Assembly (NCBI GenBank): GCA_964016885.1
Contig: OZ024743.1
Location: forward strand, 36,394,001 to 36,458,000
Reading direction: 5' to 3'
Origin: Eledone cirrhosa
Lineage: Eukaryota
DNA length: 64,000 bases
Shown one piece after another: positions 15,101 to 28,000 of this stretch (position 1 is its first letter; each line of letters begins with the position of its first letter). Below the pieces are notes generated by a model. That model searched no databases, was not told the origin of the DNA, and saw only the letters and a program-made list of their open reading frames with translations. A program made the translations under genes and the position numbers.

Positions 15101-16965
15101 TTCCTCTACAGTCTTTGTTAATGTTCCCCTACAGTCTTTGTTAATGTTCCTCTACAGTCTTTGTTAATGTTCCTCTACAGTCTTTGTTAATGTTCCTCTA
15201 CACACTTTGTTAATGTTCCTCTACAGTCTTTGTTAATGGTCCTCTACAGTCTTTGTTAATGTTCCTCTACAGTCTTTGTTAATGTTCCTCTACAGTCGTT
15301 GTTAATGTTCCTGTACAGTCTTTGTTAATGTTCCTCTACAGTCCTTGTTAATGTTCCTCTACAGTCTTTGTTAATGGTCCTCTAAAGTCTTTGTTAATGT
15401 TCCTCTACAGTCTTTGTTAATGTTCCTCTACAGTCCTTGTTAATGTTCCTCTACAGTCTTTGTTAATGGTCCTCTACAGTCTTTGTTAATGTTCCTCTAC
15501 AATCTTTGTTAATGTTCCTCTACAGTCCTTGTTAATGTTCCTCTACAGTCTTTGTTAATGTTCCTCTGCAGTCTTTGTTAATGTTCCTCTACAGTCTTTG
15601 TTAATGTTCCTCTACAGTCTTTGTTAATGTTCCTCTACAGTCTTTGTTAATGTTCCTCTACGGTCTTTGTTAATGTTCCTCTGCAGTCTTTGTTAATGTT
15701 CCTCTACAGTCCTTGTTAATGTTCCTCTACAGTCTTTGTTAATGTTCCTCTACATTCCTTGTTAATGTTCCTCTGCAGTCTTTGTTAATGTTCCTCTGCA
15801 GTCTTTGTTAATGTTCCTCTACAGTCTTTGTTAATGTTCCTCTACAGTCTTTGTTAATGTTCCACTACGGTCTTTGTTATTGTTCCTCTCCAGTCTTTGT
15901 TAATGTTCCTCTACAGTCTTTGTTAATGTTCCTCTCCAGTCTTTGTTAATGTTCCTCTACAGTCTTTGTTAATGTTCCTCTACAGTCTTTGTTAATGTTC
16001 CTCTACAGTCCTTGTTAATGTTCCTCTACAGTCTTTGTTAATGTTCCTCTACAGTCTTTGTTAATGTTCCTCTACGGTCTTTGTTAATGTTCCGCTACAG
16101 TCCTTGTTAATGTTCCTCTACAGTCTTTGTTAATGTTCCTCTGCAGTCTTTGTTAATGTTCCTCTACAGTCTTTGTTAATGTTCCTCTACAGTCTTTGTT
16201 AATGTTCCTCTACAGTCCTTGTTAATGTTCCTCTACAGTCTTTGTTAATGTTCCTCTACAGTCCTTGTTAATGTTCCTCAACAGTCTTTGTTAATGTTCC
16301 TCTACAGTCCTTGTTAATGTTCCTCAACAGTCTGTGTTAATGTTCCTCTACAGTCCTTGTTAATGTTCCTCTACAGTCTTTGTTAATGTTCCTCTGCAGT
16401 CTTTGTTAATGTCCCTCTACAGTCCTTGTTAATGTTCCTCTACAGTCTTTGTTAATGTTTCTCTACAGTCCTTGTTAATGTTCCTCTACAGTCCTTGTTA
16501 ATTTCCTCTACAGTCTTTGTAAATGTTCCTCTACAGTCTTTGTTAATGTTCCTCTACAGTCTTTGTTAATGTTCCGCTACAGTCCTTGTTAATGTTCCTC
16601 TACAGTCTTTGTTAATGGTCCTCTACAGTCTTTGTTAATGTTCCTCTACAGTCTTTGTTAATGTTCCTCTACAGTCTTTGTTAATGTTCCTCTACAGTCT
16701 TTGTTAATCTTCCTCTACAGTCTTTGTTAATGTTCCTCTACAGTCTTTGTAAATGTTCCTCTACAGTTTTTTAATGTTCCTCTACAGTCTTTGTTAATGT
16801 TCCTCTACAGTCTTTGTAAATGTTCCTCTACAGTGTTTTAATGTTCCTCTACAGTCTTTGTTAATGTTCCTCTACAGTCTTTGTTAATGTTCCTCTACAG
16901 TCTTTGTTAATCTTCCTCTACAGTCTTTGCTAATGTTCCTCTACAGTCTTTGTTAATGTTCCTCT
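6100..16965 (+). repeat. 5,434-bp tandem duplication unique to super-repeat copy A
   Basis: ACTATGG 6141/11575, TAAAG 6258/11692, TACACAC 9765/15199 and GCTAAT 11495/16929, all offset 5,434. Only one copy of this block is in copy B. Confidence 0.88.
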
Positions 16966-19900
16966 ACAGTCTTTGTTTATGTTCCTCTACAGTCTTTGTT
17001 AATGTTCCTCTATAGTCCTTGTTATTGTTCTTCTACAGTCCTCTCTACAGTCTTTGTTAATGTTCCCCTACTGTCTTTGTTAATGTTCACCTACAGCCCT
17101 TGTTAATGTTCCCTACAGTCTTTGTTAATGTTCCTCTACAGTCCTTGTTAATGTTCCTCTATAGTCCTTGTTATTGTTCCTCTACAGTCCTCTCTACAGT
17201 CTTTGTAAATGTTCCTCTACAGTTTTTTAATGTTCCTCTACAGTCTTTGTTAATGTTCCTCTACAGTCTTTGTTAATGTTCCTCTACAGTCTTTGTTAAT
17301 CATCCTCTACAGTCTTTGTTAATGTTCCTCTACAGTCTTTGTTAATGTTCCTCTACAGTCTTTGTTTATGTTCCTCTACAGTCTTTGTTAATGTTCCTCT
17401 ACAATCTTTGTTATGTTCCTCTACAGTCTTTGTTAATGTTCCTCTACAGTCGTTGTTAATGTTCCTCTACAGTCTTTGTTAATGTTCCTCTACAGTCCTT
17501 GTTAATGTTCCTCTACAGTCTTTGTTAATGTTCCTCTACAGTCTTTGTTAATGTTCCGCTACAGTCCTTGTTATTGTTCTTCTACAGTCCTCTCTACAGT
17601 CTTTGTTAATGTTCCCCTACTGTCTTTGTTAATGTTCACCTACAGCCCTTGTTAATGTTCCCTACAGTCTTTGTTAATGTTCCTCTACAGTCCTTGTTAA
17701 TGTTCCTCTATAGTCCTTGTTATTGTTCCTCTACAGTCCTCTCTACAGTCTTTGTTAATGTTCCCCTACTCTCTTTGTTAATGTTCCCCTACAGCCCTTG
17801 TTAATGTGCCCTACAGTCTTTGTTAATGTTCCTCTACAGTCCTTGTTAATGTTCCTCTATAGTCCTTGTTATTGTTCCTCTACAGTCCTTGTTAATGTTC
17901 CTCTACAGTCCTTGTTAATGTTCCTCTACAGTCCTTGTTAATGTTCCTCTACAGTCCTTGTTAATGTTCCTCTACAGTCTTTGTTAATGTGCCTCTACAG
18001 TCTTTGTTAATGTTCCTCTACAGTCTTTGTTAATGTTCCTCTACAGTCTTTGTTAATGTTCCTCTACAGTCCTTGTTAATGTTGCTCTACAGTCTTTGTT
18101 AATGTTCCTCTACAGTCTTTGTTAATGTTCCTCTACAGCCTTTGTTAATGTTCCTCTACATTCTTTGTTAATGCTCCCCTACTGTCTTTGTTAATGTTAC
18201 CCTACTGTCTTTGTTAATGTTCCCCTACATCCCTTGTTAATGTTCCCTACAGTCTTTGTTAATGTTCCTCTACAGTCCTTGTTAATGTTCCTCTATAGTC
18301 CTTGTTATTGTTCTTCTACAGTCCTCTCTACAGTCTTTGTTAATGTTCCCCTACTGTCTTTGTTAATGTTCACCTACAGCCCTTGTTAATGTTCCCTACA
18401 GTCTTTGTTAATGTTCCTCTACAGTCCTTGTTAATGTTCCTCTATAGTCCTTGTTATTGTTCCTCTACAGTCCTCTCTACAGTCTTTGTAAATGTTCCTC
18501 TACAGTTTTTTAATGTTCCTCTACAGTCTTTGTTAATGTTCCTCTACAGTCTTTGTTAATGTTCCTCTACAGTCTTTGTTAATCTTCCTCTACAGTCTTT
18601 GTTAATGTTCCTCTACAGTCTTTGTTAATGTTCCTCTACAGTCTTTGTTTATGTTCCTCTACAGTCTTTGTTAATGTTCCTCTACAATCTTTGTTATGTT
18701 CCTCTACAGTCTTTGTTAATGTTCCTCTACAGTCGTTGTTAATGTTCCTCTACAGTCTTTGTTAATGTTCCTCTACAGTCCTTGTTAATGTTCCTCTACA
18801 GTCTTTGTTAATGTTCCTCTACAGTCTTTGTTAATGTTCCGCTACAGTCCTTGTTAATGTTCCTCTACAGTCTTTGTTAATGTTCCGCTACAGTCCTTGT
18901 AAATGTTCCTCTACAGTCTTTGTTAATGGTCCTCTACAGTCTTTGTTAATGTGCCTCTACAGTCTTTGTTAATGTTCCTCTACCGTCCTTGTTAATGTTC
19001 CTCTACTGTCTTTGTTAATGTTCCTCTACAGTCTTTGTTAATGTTCCTCTACAGTCTTTGTTAATGTTCCTCTACAGTCTTTGTTAATGTTCCTCTACAG
19101 TCCTTGTTAATGTTCCTCTACAGTCTTTGTTAATGTTCCTCTACAGTCTTTGTTAATGTTCCTCTACAGTCTTTGTTAATGTTCCTCTACATTCTTTGTT
19201 AATGCTCCCCTACTGTCTTTGTTAATGTTCCCTTTCTGTCTTTGTTAATGTTCCCCTACAGCCCTTGTTAATGTTCCCTACAGTCTTTGTTAATGTTCCT
19301 CTACAGTCCTTGTTAATGTTCCTCTATAGTCCTTGTTATTGTTCTTCTACAGTCCTCTCTACAGTCTTTGTTAATGTTCCCCTACTGTCTTTGTTAATGT
19401 TCACCTACAGCCCTTGTTAATGTTCCCTACAGTCTTTGTTAATGTTCCTCTACAGTCCTTGTTAATGTTCCTCTATAGTCCTTGTTATTGTTCCTCTACA
19501 GTCCTCTCTACAGTCTTTGTAAATGTTCCTCTACAGTTTTTTAATGTTCCTCTACAGTCTTTGTGAATGTTCCTCTACAGTCTTTGTTAATGTTCCTCTA
19601 CAGTCTTTGTTAATCTTCCTCTACAGTCTTTGTTAATGTTCCTCTACAGTCTTTGTTAATGTTCCTCTACAATCTTTGTTATGTTCCTCTACAGTCTTTG
19701 TTAATGTTCCTCTACAGTCGTTGTTAATGTTCCTCTACAGTCTTTGTTATTGTTCCTCTACAGTCCTTGTTAATGTTCCTCTACAGTCTTTGTTAATGGT
19801 CCTCTACAGTCTTTGTTAATGTTCCTCTATAGTCTTTGTTAATGTTCCTCTACAGTCCTTGTTAATGTTCCTCTACAGTCTTTGTTAATGGTCCTCTACA

Positions 19901-22900
19901 GTCTTTGTTAATGTTCCTCTACAGTCGTTGTTAATGTTCCTCTACAGTCTTTGTTAATGTTCCTCTACAGTCCTTGTTAATGTCCGCTACAGTCCTTGTT
20001 AATGTTCCTCTACAGTCTTTGTTAATGTTCCTCTACAGTCTTTGTTAATGTTCCTCTACAGTCTTTGTTAATGTTCCTCTACAGTCTTTGTTATGTTCCT
20101 CTACAGTCTTTGTTAATGTTCCTCTACAGTCTTTGTTAATGTTCCTCTACAGTCCTTGTTAATGTTCCTCAACAGTCTTTGTTAATGTTCCTCTACAGTC
20201 CTTGTTAATGTTCCTCAACAGTCTTTGTTAATGTTCCTCTACAGTCCTTGTTAATGTTCCTCAACAGTCTTTGTTAATGTTCCTCTACAGTCATTGTTAA
20301 TGTTCCTCTACAGTCTTTGTTAATGTTCCTCTGCAGTCTTTGTTAATGTTCCTCTACAGTCCTTGTTAATGTTCCTCTACAGTCTTTGTTAATGTTCCTC
20401 TACAGTCCTTGTTAATGTTCCTCTACAGTCCTTGTTAATTTACTCTACAGTCTTTGTTAATGTTCCTCTACAGTCTTTGTTAATGTTCCTCTACAGTCTT
20501 TGTTAATGTTCCGCTACAGTCCTTGTTAATGTTCCTCTACAGTCTTTGTTAATGGTCCTCTACAGTCTTTGTTAATGTTCCTCTACAGTCTTTGTTAATG
20601 TTCCTCTACAGTCTTTGTTAACGTTCCTCTACAGTCTTTGTTAATGTTCCTCTACAGTCTTTGTTAATGTTCCTCTACAGTCCTTGTTAATGTTCCTCTA
20701 CAGTCCTTGTTAATGTTCCTCTACAGTCCTTGTTAATTTCCTCTACAGTCTTTGTTAATGTTCCTCTACAGTCTTTGTTAATGTTCCTCCTCGGTCTTTG
20801 TTATTGTTCCTCTCCAGTCTTTGTTAATGTTCCTCTACAGTCCTTGTGAATTTCCTCTACAGTCTTTGTTAATGTTCCTCTACAGTCTTTGTTAATGTTC
20901 CTCTACAGTCTTTGTTAATGTTCCGCTACAGTCCTTGTTAATGTTCCTCTACAGTCTTTGTTAATGTTCCTCTACAGTCTTTGTTAATGTTCCTCTACGG
21001 TCTTTGTTAATGTTCCGCTACAGTCCTTGTTAATATTCCTCTACAGTCTTTGTTAATGTTCCTCTACAGTCTTTGTTAATGTTCCTCTACAGTCTTTGTT
21101 AATGTTCCTCTACAGTCTTTGTTAATGTTCCTCTACAGTCTTTGTTAATGTTCCTCTACAGTCCTTGTTAATGTTCCTCAACAGTCTTTGTTAATGTTCC
21201 TCTACAGTCCTTGTTAATGTTCCTCAACAGTCTTTGTTAATGTTCCTCTACATTCCTTGTTAATGTTCCTCAACAGTCTTTGTTAATGTTCCTCTACAGT
21301 CATTGTTAATGTTCCTCTACAGTCTTTGTTAATGTTCCTCTGCAGTCTTTGTTAATGTTCCTCTACAGTCTTTGTTAATGTTCCTCTACAGTCCTTGTTA
21401 ATGTTCCTCTACAGTCTTTGTTAATGTTCCTCTACAGTCTTTGTTAATGTTCCTCTACAGTCTTTGTTAATGTTCCTCTACATTCTTTGTTAATGCTCCC
21501 CTACTGTCTTTGTTAATGTTACCCTACTGTCTTTGTTAATGTTCCCCTACAGCCCTTGTTAATGTTCCCTACAGTCTTTGTTAATGTTCCTCTACAGTCC
21601 TTGTTAATGTTCCTCTATAGTCCTTGTTATTGTTCTTCTACAGTCCTCTCTACAGTCTTTGTTAATGTTCCCCTACTGTCTTTGTTAATGTTCACCTACA
21701 GCCCTTGTTAATGTTCCCTACAGTCTTTGTTAATGTTCCTCTACAGTCCTTGTTAATGTTCCTCTATAGTCCTTGTTATTGTTCCTCTACAGTCCTCTCT
21801 ACAGTCTTTGTAAATGTTCCTCTACAGTTTTTTAATGTTCCTCTACAGTCTTTGTTAATGTTCCTCTACAGTCTTTGTTAATGTTCCTCTACAGTCTTTG
21901 TTAATCTTCCTCTACAGTCTTTGTTAATGTTCCTCTACAGTCTTTGTTAATGTTCCTCTACAGTCTTTGTTTATGTTCCTCTACAGTCTTTGTTAATGTT
22001 CCTCTACAATCTTTGTTATGTTCCTCTACAGTCTTTGTTAATGTTCCTCTACAGTCGTTGTTAATGTTCCTCTACAGTCTTTGTTAATGTTCCTCTACAG
22101 TCCTTGTTAATGTTCCTCTACAGTCTTTGTTAATGTTCCTCTACAGTCTTTGTTAATGTTCCGCTACAGTCCTTGTTAATGTTCCTCTACAGTCTTTGTT
22201 AATGTTCCGCTACAGTCCTTGTAAATGTTCCTCTACAGTCTTTGTTAATGGTCCTCTACAGTCTTTGTTAATGTGCCTCTACAGTCTTTGTTAATGTTCC
22301 TCTACAGTCCTTGTTAATGTTCCTCTACAGTCTTTGTTAATGTTCCTCTACAGTCTTTGTTAATGTTCCTCTACAGTCTTTGTTAATGTTCCTCTACAGT
22401 CTTTGTTAATGTTCCTCTACAGTCCTTGTTAATGTTCCTCTACCGTCTTTGTTAATGTTCCTCTACAGTCTTTGTTAATGTTCCTCTACAGTCTTTGTTA
22501 ATGTTCCTCTACATTCTTTGTTAATGCTCCCCTACTGTCTTTGTTAATGTTCCCCTACTGTCTTTGTTAATGTTCCCCTACAGCCCTTGTTAATGTTCCC
22601 TACAGTCTTTGTTAATGTTCCTCTACAGTCCTTGTTAATGTTCCTCTATAGTCCTTGTTATTGTTCTTCTACAGTCCTCTCTACAGTCTTTGTTAATGTT
22701 CCCCTACTGTCTTTGTTAATGTTCACCTACAGCCCTTGTTAATGTTCCCTACAGTCTTTGTTAATGTTCCTCTACAGTCCTTGTTAATGTTCCTCTATAG
22801 TCCTTGTTATTGTTCCTCTACAGTCCTCTCTACAGTCTTTGTAAATGTTCCTCTACAGTTTTTTAATGTTCCTCTACAGTCTTTGTTAATGTTCCTCTAC

Positions 22901-25020
22901 AGTCTTTGTTAATGTTCCTCTACAGTCTTTGTTAATCTTCCTCTACAGTCTTTGTTAATGTTCCTCTACAGTCTTTGTTAATGTTCCTCTACAGTGTTTG
23001 TTTATGTTCCTCTACAGTCTTTGTTAATGTTCCTCTACAATCTTTGTTATGTTCCTCTACAGTCTTTGTTAATGTTCCTCTACAGTCGTTGTTAATGTTC
23101 CTCTACAGTCTTTGTTAATGTTCCTCTACAGTCCTTGTTAATGTTCCTCTACAGTCTTTGTTAATGGTCCTCTACAGTCTTTGTTAATGTTCCTCTATAG
23201 TCTTTGTTAATGTTCCTCTACAGTCCTTGTTAATGTTCCTCTACAGTCTTTGTTAATGGTCCTCTACAGTCTTTGTTAATGTTCCTCTACAGTCGTTGTT
23301 AATGTTCCTCTACAGTCTTTGTTAATGTTCCTCTACAGTCCTTGTTAATGTCCGCTACAGTCCTTGTTAATGTTCCTCTACAGTCTTTGTTAATGTTCCT
23401 CTACAGTCTTTGTTAATGTTCCTCTACAGTCTTTGTTAATGTTCCTCTACAGTCTTTGTTAATGTTCCTCTACAGTCTTTGTAAATGTTCCTCTACAGTC
23501 TTTGTTAATGTTCCTCTACAGTCCTTGTTAATGTTCCTCAACAGTCTTTGTTAATGTTCCTCTACAGTCCTTGTTAATGTTCCTCAACAGTCTTTGTTAA
23601 TGTTCCTCTACAGTCATTGTTAATGTTCCTCTACAATCTTTGTTAATGTTCCTCTGCAGTCTTTGTTAATGTTCCTCTACAGTCCTTGTTAATGTTCCTC
23701 TACAGTCTTTGTAAATGTTCCTCTACAGTCCTTGTTAATGTTCCTCTACAGTCCTTGTTAATTTCCTCTACAGTCTTTGTTAATGTTCCTCTACAGTCTT
23801 TGTTAATGTTCCTCTACAGTCTTTGTTAATGTTCCGCTACAGTCCTTGTTAATGTTCCTCTACAGTCTTTGTTAATGTGCCTCTACAGTCTTTGTTAATG
23901 TTCCTCTACAGTCCTTGTTAATGTTCCTCTACAGTCTTTGTTAATGTTCCTCTACAGTCTTTGTTAATGTTCCTCTACAGTCTTTGTTAATGTTCCTCTA
24001 CAGTCTTTGTTAATGTTCCTCTACATTCTTTGTTAATGCTCCCCTACTGTCTTTGTTAATGTTCCCCTACTGTCTTTGTTAATGTTCCCCTACAGCCCTT
24101 GTTAATGTTCCCTACAGTCTTTGTTAATGTTCCTCTACAGTCCTTGTTAATGTTCCTCTATAGTGCTTGTTATTGTTCTTCTACAGTCCTCTCTACAGTC
24201 TTTGTTAATGTTCCCCTACTGTCTTTGTTAATATTCACCTACAGCCCTTGTTAATGTTCCCTACAGTCTTTGTTAATGTTCCTCTACAGTCCTTGTTAAT
24301 GTTCCTCTATAGTCCTTGTTATTGTTCCTCTACAGTCCTCTCTACAGTCTTTGTAAATGTTCCTCTACAGTTTTTTAATGTTCCTCTACAGTCTTTGTTA
24401 ATGTTCCTCTACAGTCTTTGTTAATGTTCCTCTACAGTCTTTGTTAATCTTCCTCTACAGTCTTTGTTAATGTTCCTCTACAGTCTTTGTTAATGTTCCT
24501 CTACAGTCTTTGTTTATGTTCCTCTACAGTCTTTGTTAATGTTCCTCTACAATCTTTGTTATGTTCCTCTACAGTCTTTGTTAATGTTCCTCTACAGTCG
24601 TTGTTAATGTTCCTCTACAGTCTTTGTTAATGTTCCTCTACAGTCCTTGTTAATGTTCCTCTACAGTCTTTGTTAATGGTCCTCTACAGTCTTTGTTAAT
24701 GTTCCTCTATAGTCTTTGTTAATGTTCCTCTACAGTCCTTGTTAATGTTCCTCTACAGTCTTTGTTAATGGTCCTCTACAGTCTTTGTTAATGTTCCTCT
24801 ACAGTCGTTGTTAATGTTCCTCTACAGTCTTTGTTAATGTTCCTCTACAGTCCTTGTTAATGTCCGCTACAGTCCTTGTTAATGTTCCTCTACAGTCTTT
24901 GTTAATGTTCCTCTACAGTCTTTGTTAATGTTCCTCTACAGTCCTTGTTAATGTTCCTCTACAGTCTTTGTTAATGTTCCTCTACAGTCTTTGTTAATGT
25001 TCCTCTACAGTCTTTGTTAA

Positions 25021-28000
25021 TGTTCCACTTCGGTCTTTGTTATTGTTCCTCTCCAGTCTTTGTTAATGTTCCTCAACAGTCTTTGTTAATGTTCCTCTCC
25101 AGTCTTTGTTAATGTTCCTCTACAGTCTTTGTTAATGTTCCGCTACAGTCCTTGTTAATGTTCCTCTACAGTCTTTGTTAATGTTCCTCTACAGTCTTTG
25201 TTAATGTTCCTCTACAGTCTTTGTTAATGTTCCTCTACAGTCTTTGTTAATGTTCCTCTACAGTCTTTGTTAATGTTCCTCTACAGTCCTTGTTAATGTT
25301 CCTCAACAGTCTTTGTTAATGTTCCTCTACAGTCCTTGTTAATGTTCCTCAACAGTCTTTGTTAATGTTCCTCTACAGTCCTTGTTAATGTTCCTCAACA
25401 GTCTTTGTTAATGTTCCTCTACAGTCCTTGTTAATGTTCCTCTACAGTCTTTGTTAATGTTCCTCTGCAGTCTTTGTTAATGTTCCTCTACAGTCCTTGT
25501 TAATGTTCCTCTATAGTCTTTGTTAATGTTCCTCTACAGTCCCTGTTAATGTTCCTCTACAGTCCTTGTTAATTTCCTCTACAGTCTTTGTTAATGTTCC
25601 TCTACAGTCTTTGTAAATGTTCCTCTACAGTTTTTTAATGTTCCTCTACAGTCTTTGTTAATGTTCCTCTACAGTCTTTGTTAATGTTCCTCTACAGTCT
25701 TTGTTAATGTTCCTCTACAGTCTTTGTTAATGTTCCTCTACAATCTTTGTTAATGTTCCTCTACAGTCTTTGTTAATCCTCCTCTACAGTCTTTGTTAAG
25801 GTTCCTCTACAGTCTTTGTAAATGTTCCTCTATAGTTTTTTAATGTTCCTCTACAGTCTTTGTTAATGTTCCTCTACAGTCTTTGTAAATGTTCCTCTAC
25901 AGTTTTTTAATGTTCCTCTACAGTCTTTGTTAATGTTCCTCTACAGTCTTTGTTAATGTTCCGCTACAGTCTTTGTTAATGTTCCTCTACAGTCTTTGTT
26001 AATGTTCCTCTACAGTCTTTGTTAATGTTCCTCTACAGTCTTTGTTAATGTTCCTCTACAATCTTTGTTACGTTCCTCTACAGTCTTTGTTAATGTTCCT
26101 CTACAGTCTTTGTTAATGTTCCTCTACAATCTTTGTTAATGTTCCTCTACAGTCTTTGTTTATGTTTCTCTACAGTCTTTGTTAATGGTCCTCTACAGTC
26201 TTTGTTAATGTTCCTCTACAATCTTTGTTAATGTTCCTCTACACTCTTTGTTAATGTTCCTCTACAATCTTTGTTAATCTTCCTCTACAGTCTTTGTTAA
26301 TGTTCCCCTACAGTCTTTGTTAATGTTCCTCTACAGTCTTTGTTAATGTTCCTCTACAGTCTTTGTTAATGTTCCTCTACACTCTTTGTTAATGTTCCTC
26401 TACAGTCGTTGTTAATGTTCCTCTACAGTCTTTGTTAATGTTCCTCTACAGTCCTTGTTAATGTTCCTCTACAGTCTTTGTTAATGGTCCTCTACAGTCT
26501 TTGTTAATGTTCCTCTACATTCCTTGTTAATGTTTCTCTGCAGTCTTTGTTAATGTTCCTCTGCAGTCTTTGTTAATGTTCCTCTACAGTCTTTGTTAAT
26601 GTTCCTCTACAGTCTTTGTTAATGTTCCACTATGGTCTTTGTTATTGTTCCTCTCCAGTCTTTGTTAATGTTCCTCAACAGTCTTTGTTAATGTTCCTCT
26701 CCAGTCTTTGTTAATGTTCCTCTACAGTCTTTGTTAATGTTCCGCTAAAGTCCTTGTTAATGTTCCTCTACAGTCTTTGTTAATGTTCCTCTACAGTCTT
26801 TGTTAATGTTCCTCTACAGTCTTTGTTAATGTTCCTCTACAGTCTTTGTTAATGTTCCTCTACAGTCTTTGTTAATGTTCCTCTACAGTCTTTGTTAATG
26901 TTCCTCTACAGTCCTTGTTAATGTTCCTCAACAGTCTTTGTTAATGTTCCTCTACAGTCCTTGTTAATGTTCCTCAACAGTCTTTGTTAATGTTCCTCTA
27001 CAGTCCTTGTTAATGTTCCTCAACAGTCTTTGTTAATGTTCCTCTACAGTCCTTGTTAATGTTCCTCTACAGTTTTTTAATGTTCCTCTACAGTCTTTGT
27101 TAATGTTCCTCTACAGTCTTTGTTAATTTTCCTCTACAGTCTTTGTTAATGTTCCTCTACAGTCTTTGTTAATGTTCCTCTACAGTCTTTGTTAATGTTC
27201 CTCTACAGTCTTTGTTAATCTTCCTCTACAGTCTTTGTTAATCTCCCTCTACAGTCTTTGTTAATGTTCCTCTACAGTCTTTGTTAATGTTCCTCTACAG
27301 TCTTTGTTAATGTTCCTCTACAGTCTTTGTTAATGTTCCTCTACAATCTTTGTTATGTTCCTCTACAGTCTTTGTTAATGTTCCTCTACAATCTTTGTTA
27401 ATGTTCCTCTACAGTCTTTGTTTATGTTTCTCTACAGTCTTTGTTAATGGTCCTCTACAGTCTTTGTTAATGTTCCTCTACAATCTTTGTTAATGTTCCT
27501 CTACACTCTTTGTTAATGTTCCTCTACAATCTTTGTTAATCTCCCTCTACAGTCTTTGTTAATGTTCCTCTACAGTCTTTGTTAATGTTCCTCTACAGTC
27601 TTTGTTAATGTTCCCCTACAGTCTTTGTTATTGTTCCTCTACAGTCTTTGTTAATGTTCTTCTACAGTCTTTGTTAATGTTCCTCTACACTCTTTGTTAA
27701 TGTTCCTCTACAGTCGTTGTTAATGTTCCTCTACAGTCTTTGTTAATGTTCCTCTACAGTCCTTGTTAATGTTCCTCTACAGTCTTTGTTAATGGTCCTC
27801 TACAGTCTTTGTTAATGTTCCTCTATAGTCTTTGTTAATGTTCCTCTACAGTCCTTGTTAATGTTCCTCTACAGTCTTTGTTAATGGTCCTCTACAGTCT
27901 TTGTTAATGTTCCTCTACAATCTTTGTTAATGTTCCTCTACAGTCCTTGTTAATGTTCCTCTACAGTCTTTGTTAACGTTCCTCTGCAGTCTTTGTTAAT

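Larger units (their letters stand above)
1..25020 (+). repeat. Satellite super-repeat copy A (starts slightly left of the window)
   Basis: Rare variants recur in the same order in copy B: TTAAGG 611/25796 and 5308/30493; TAAAG 1561/26746; TACACAC 9765/34950 (all offset 25,185). Boundary approximate. Confidence 0.85.
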
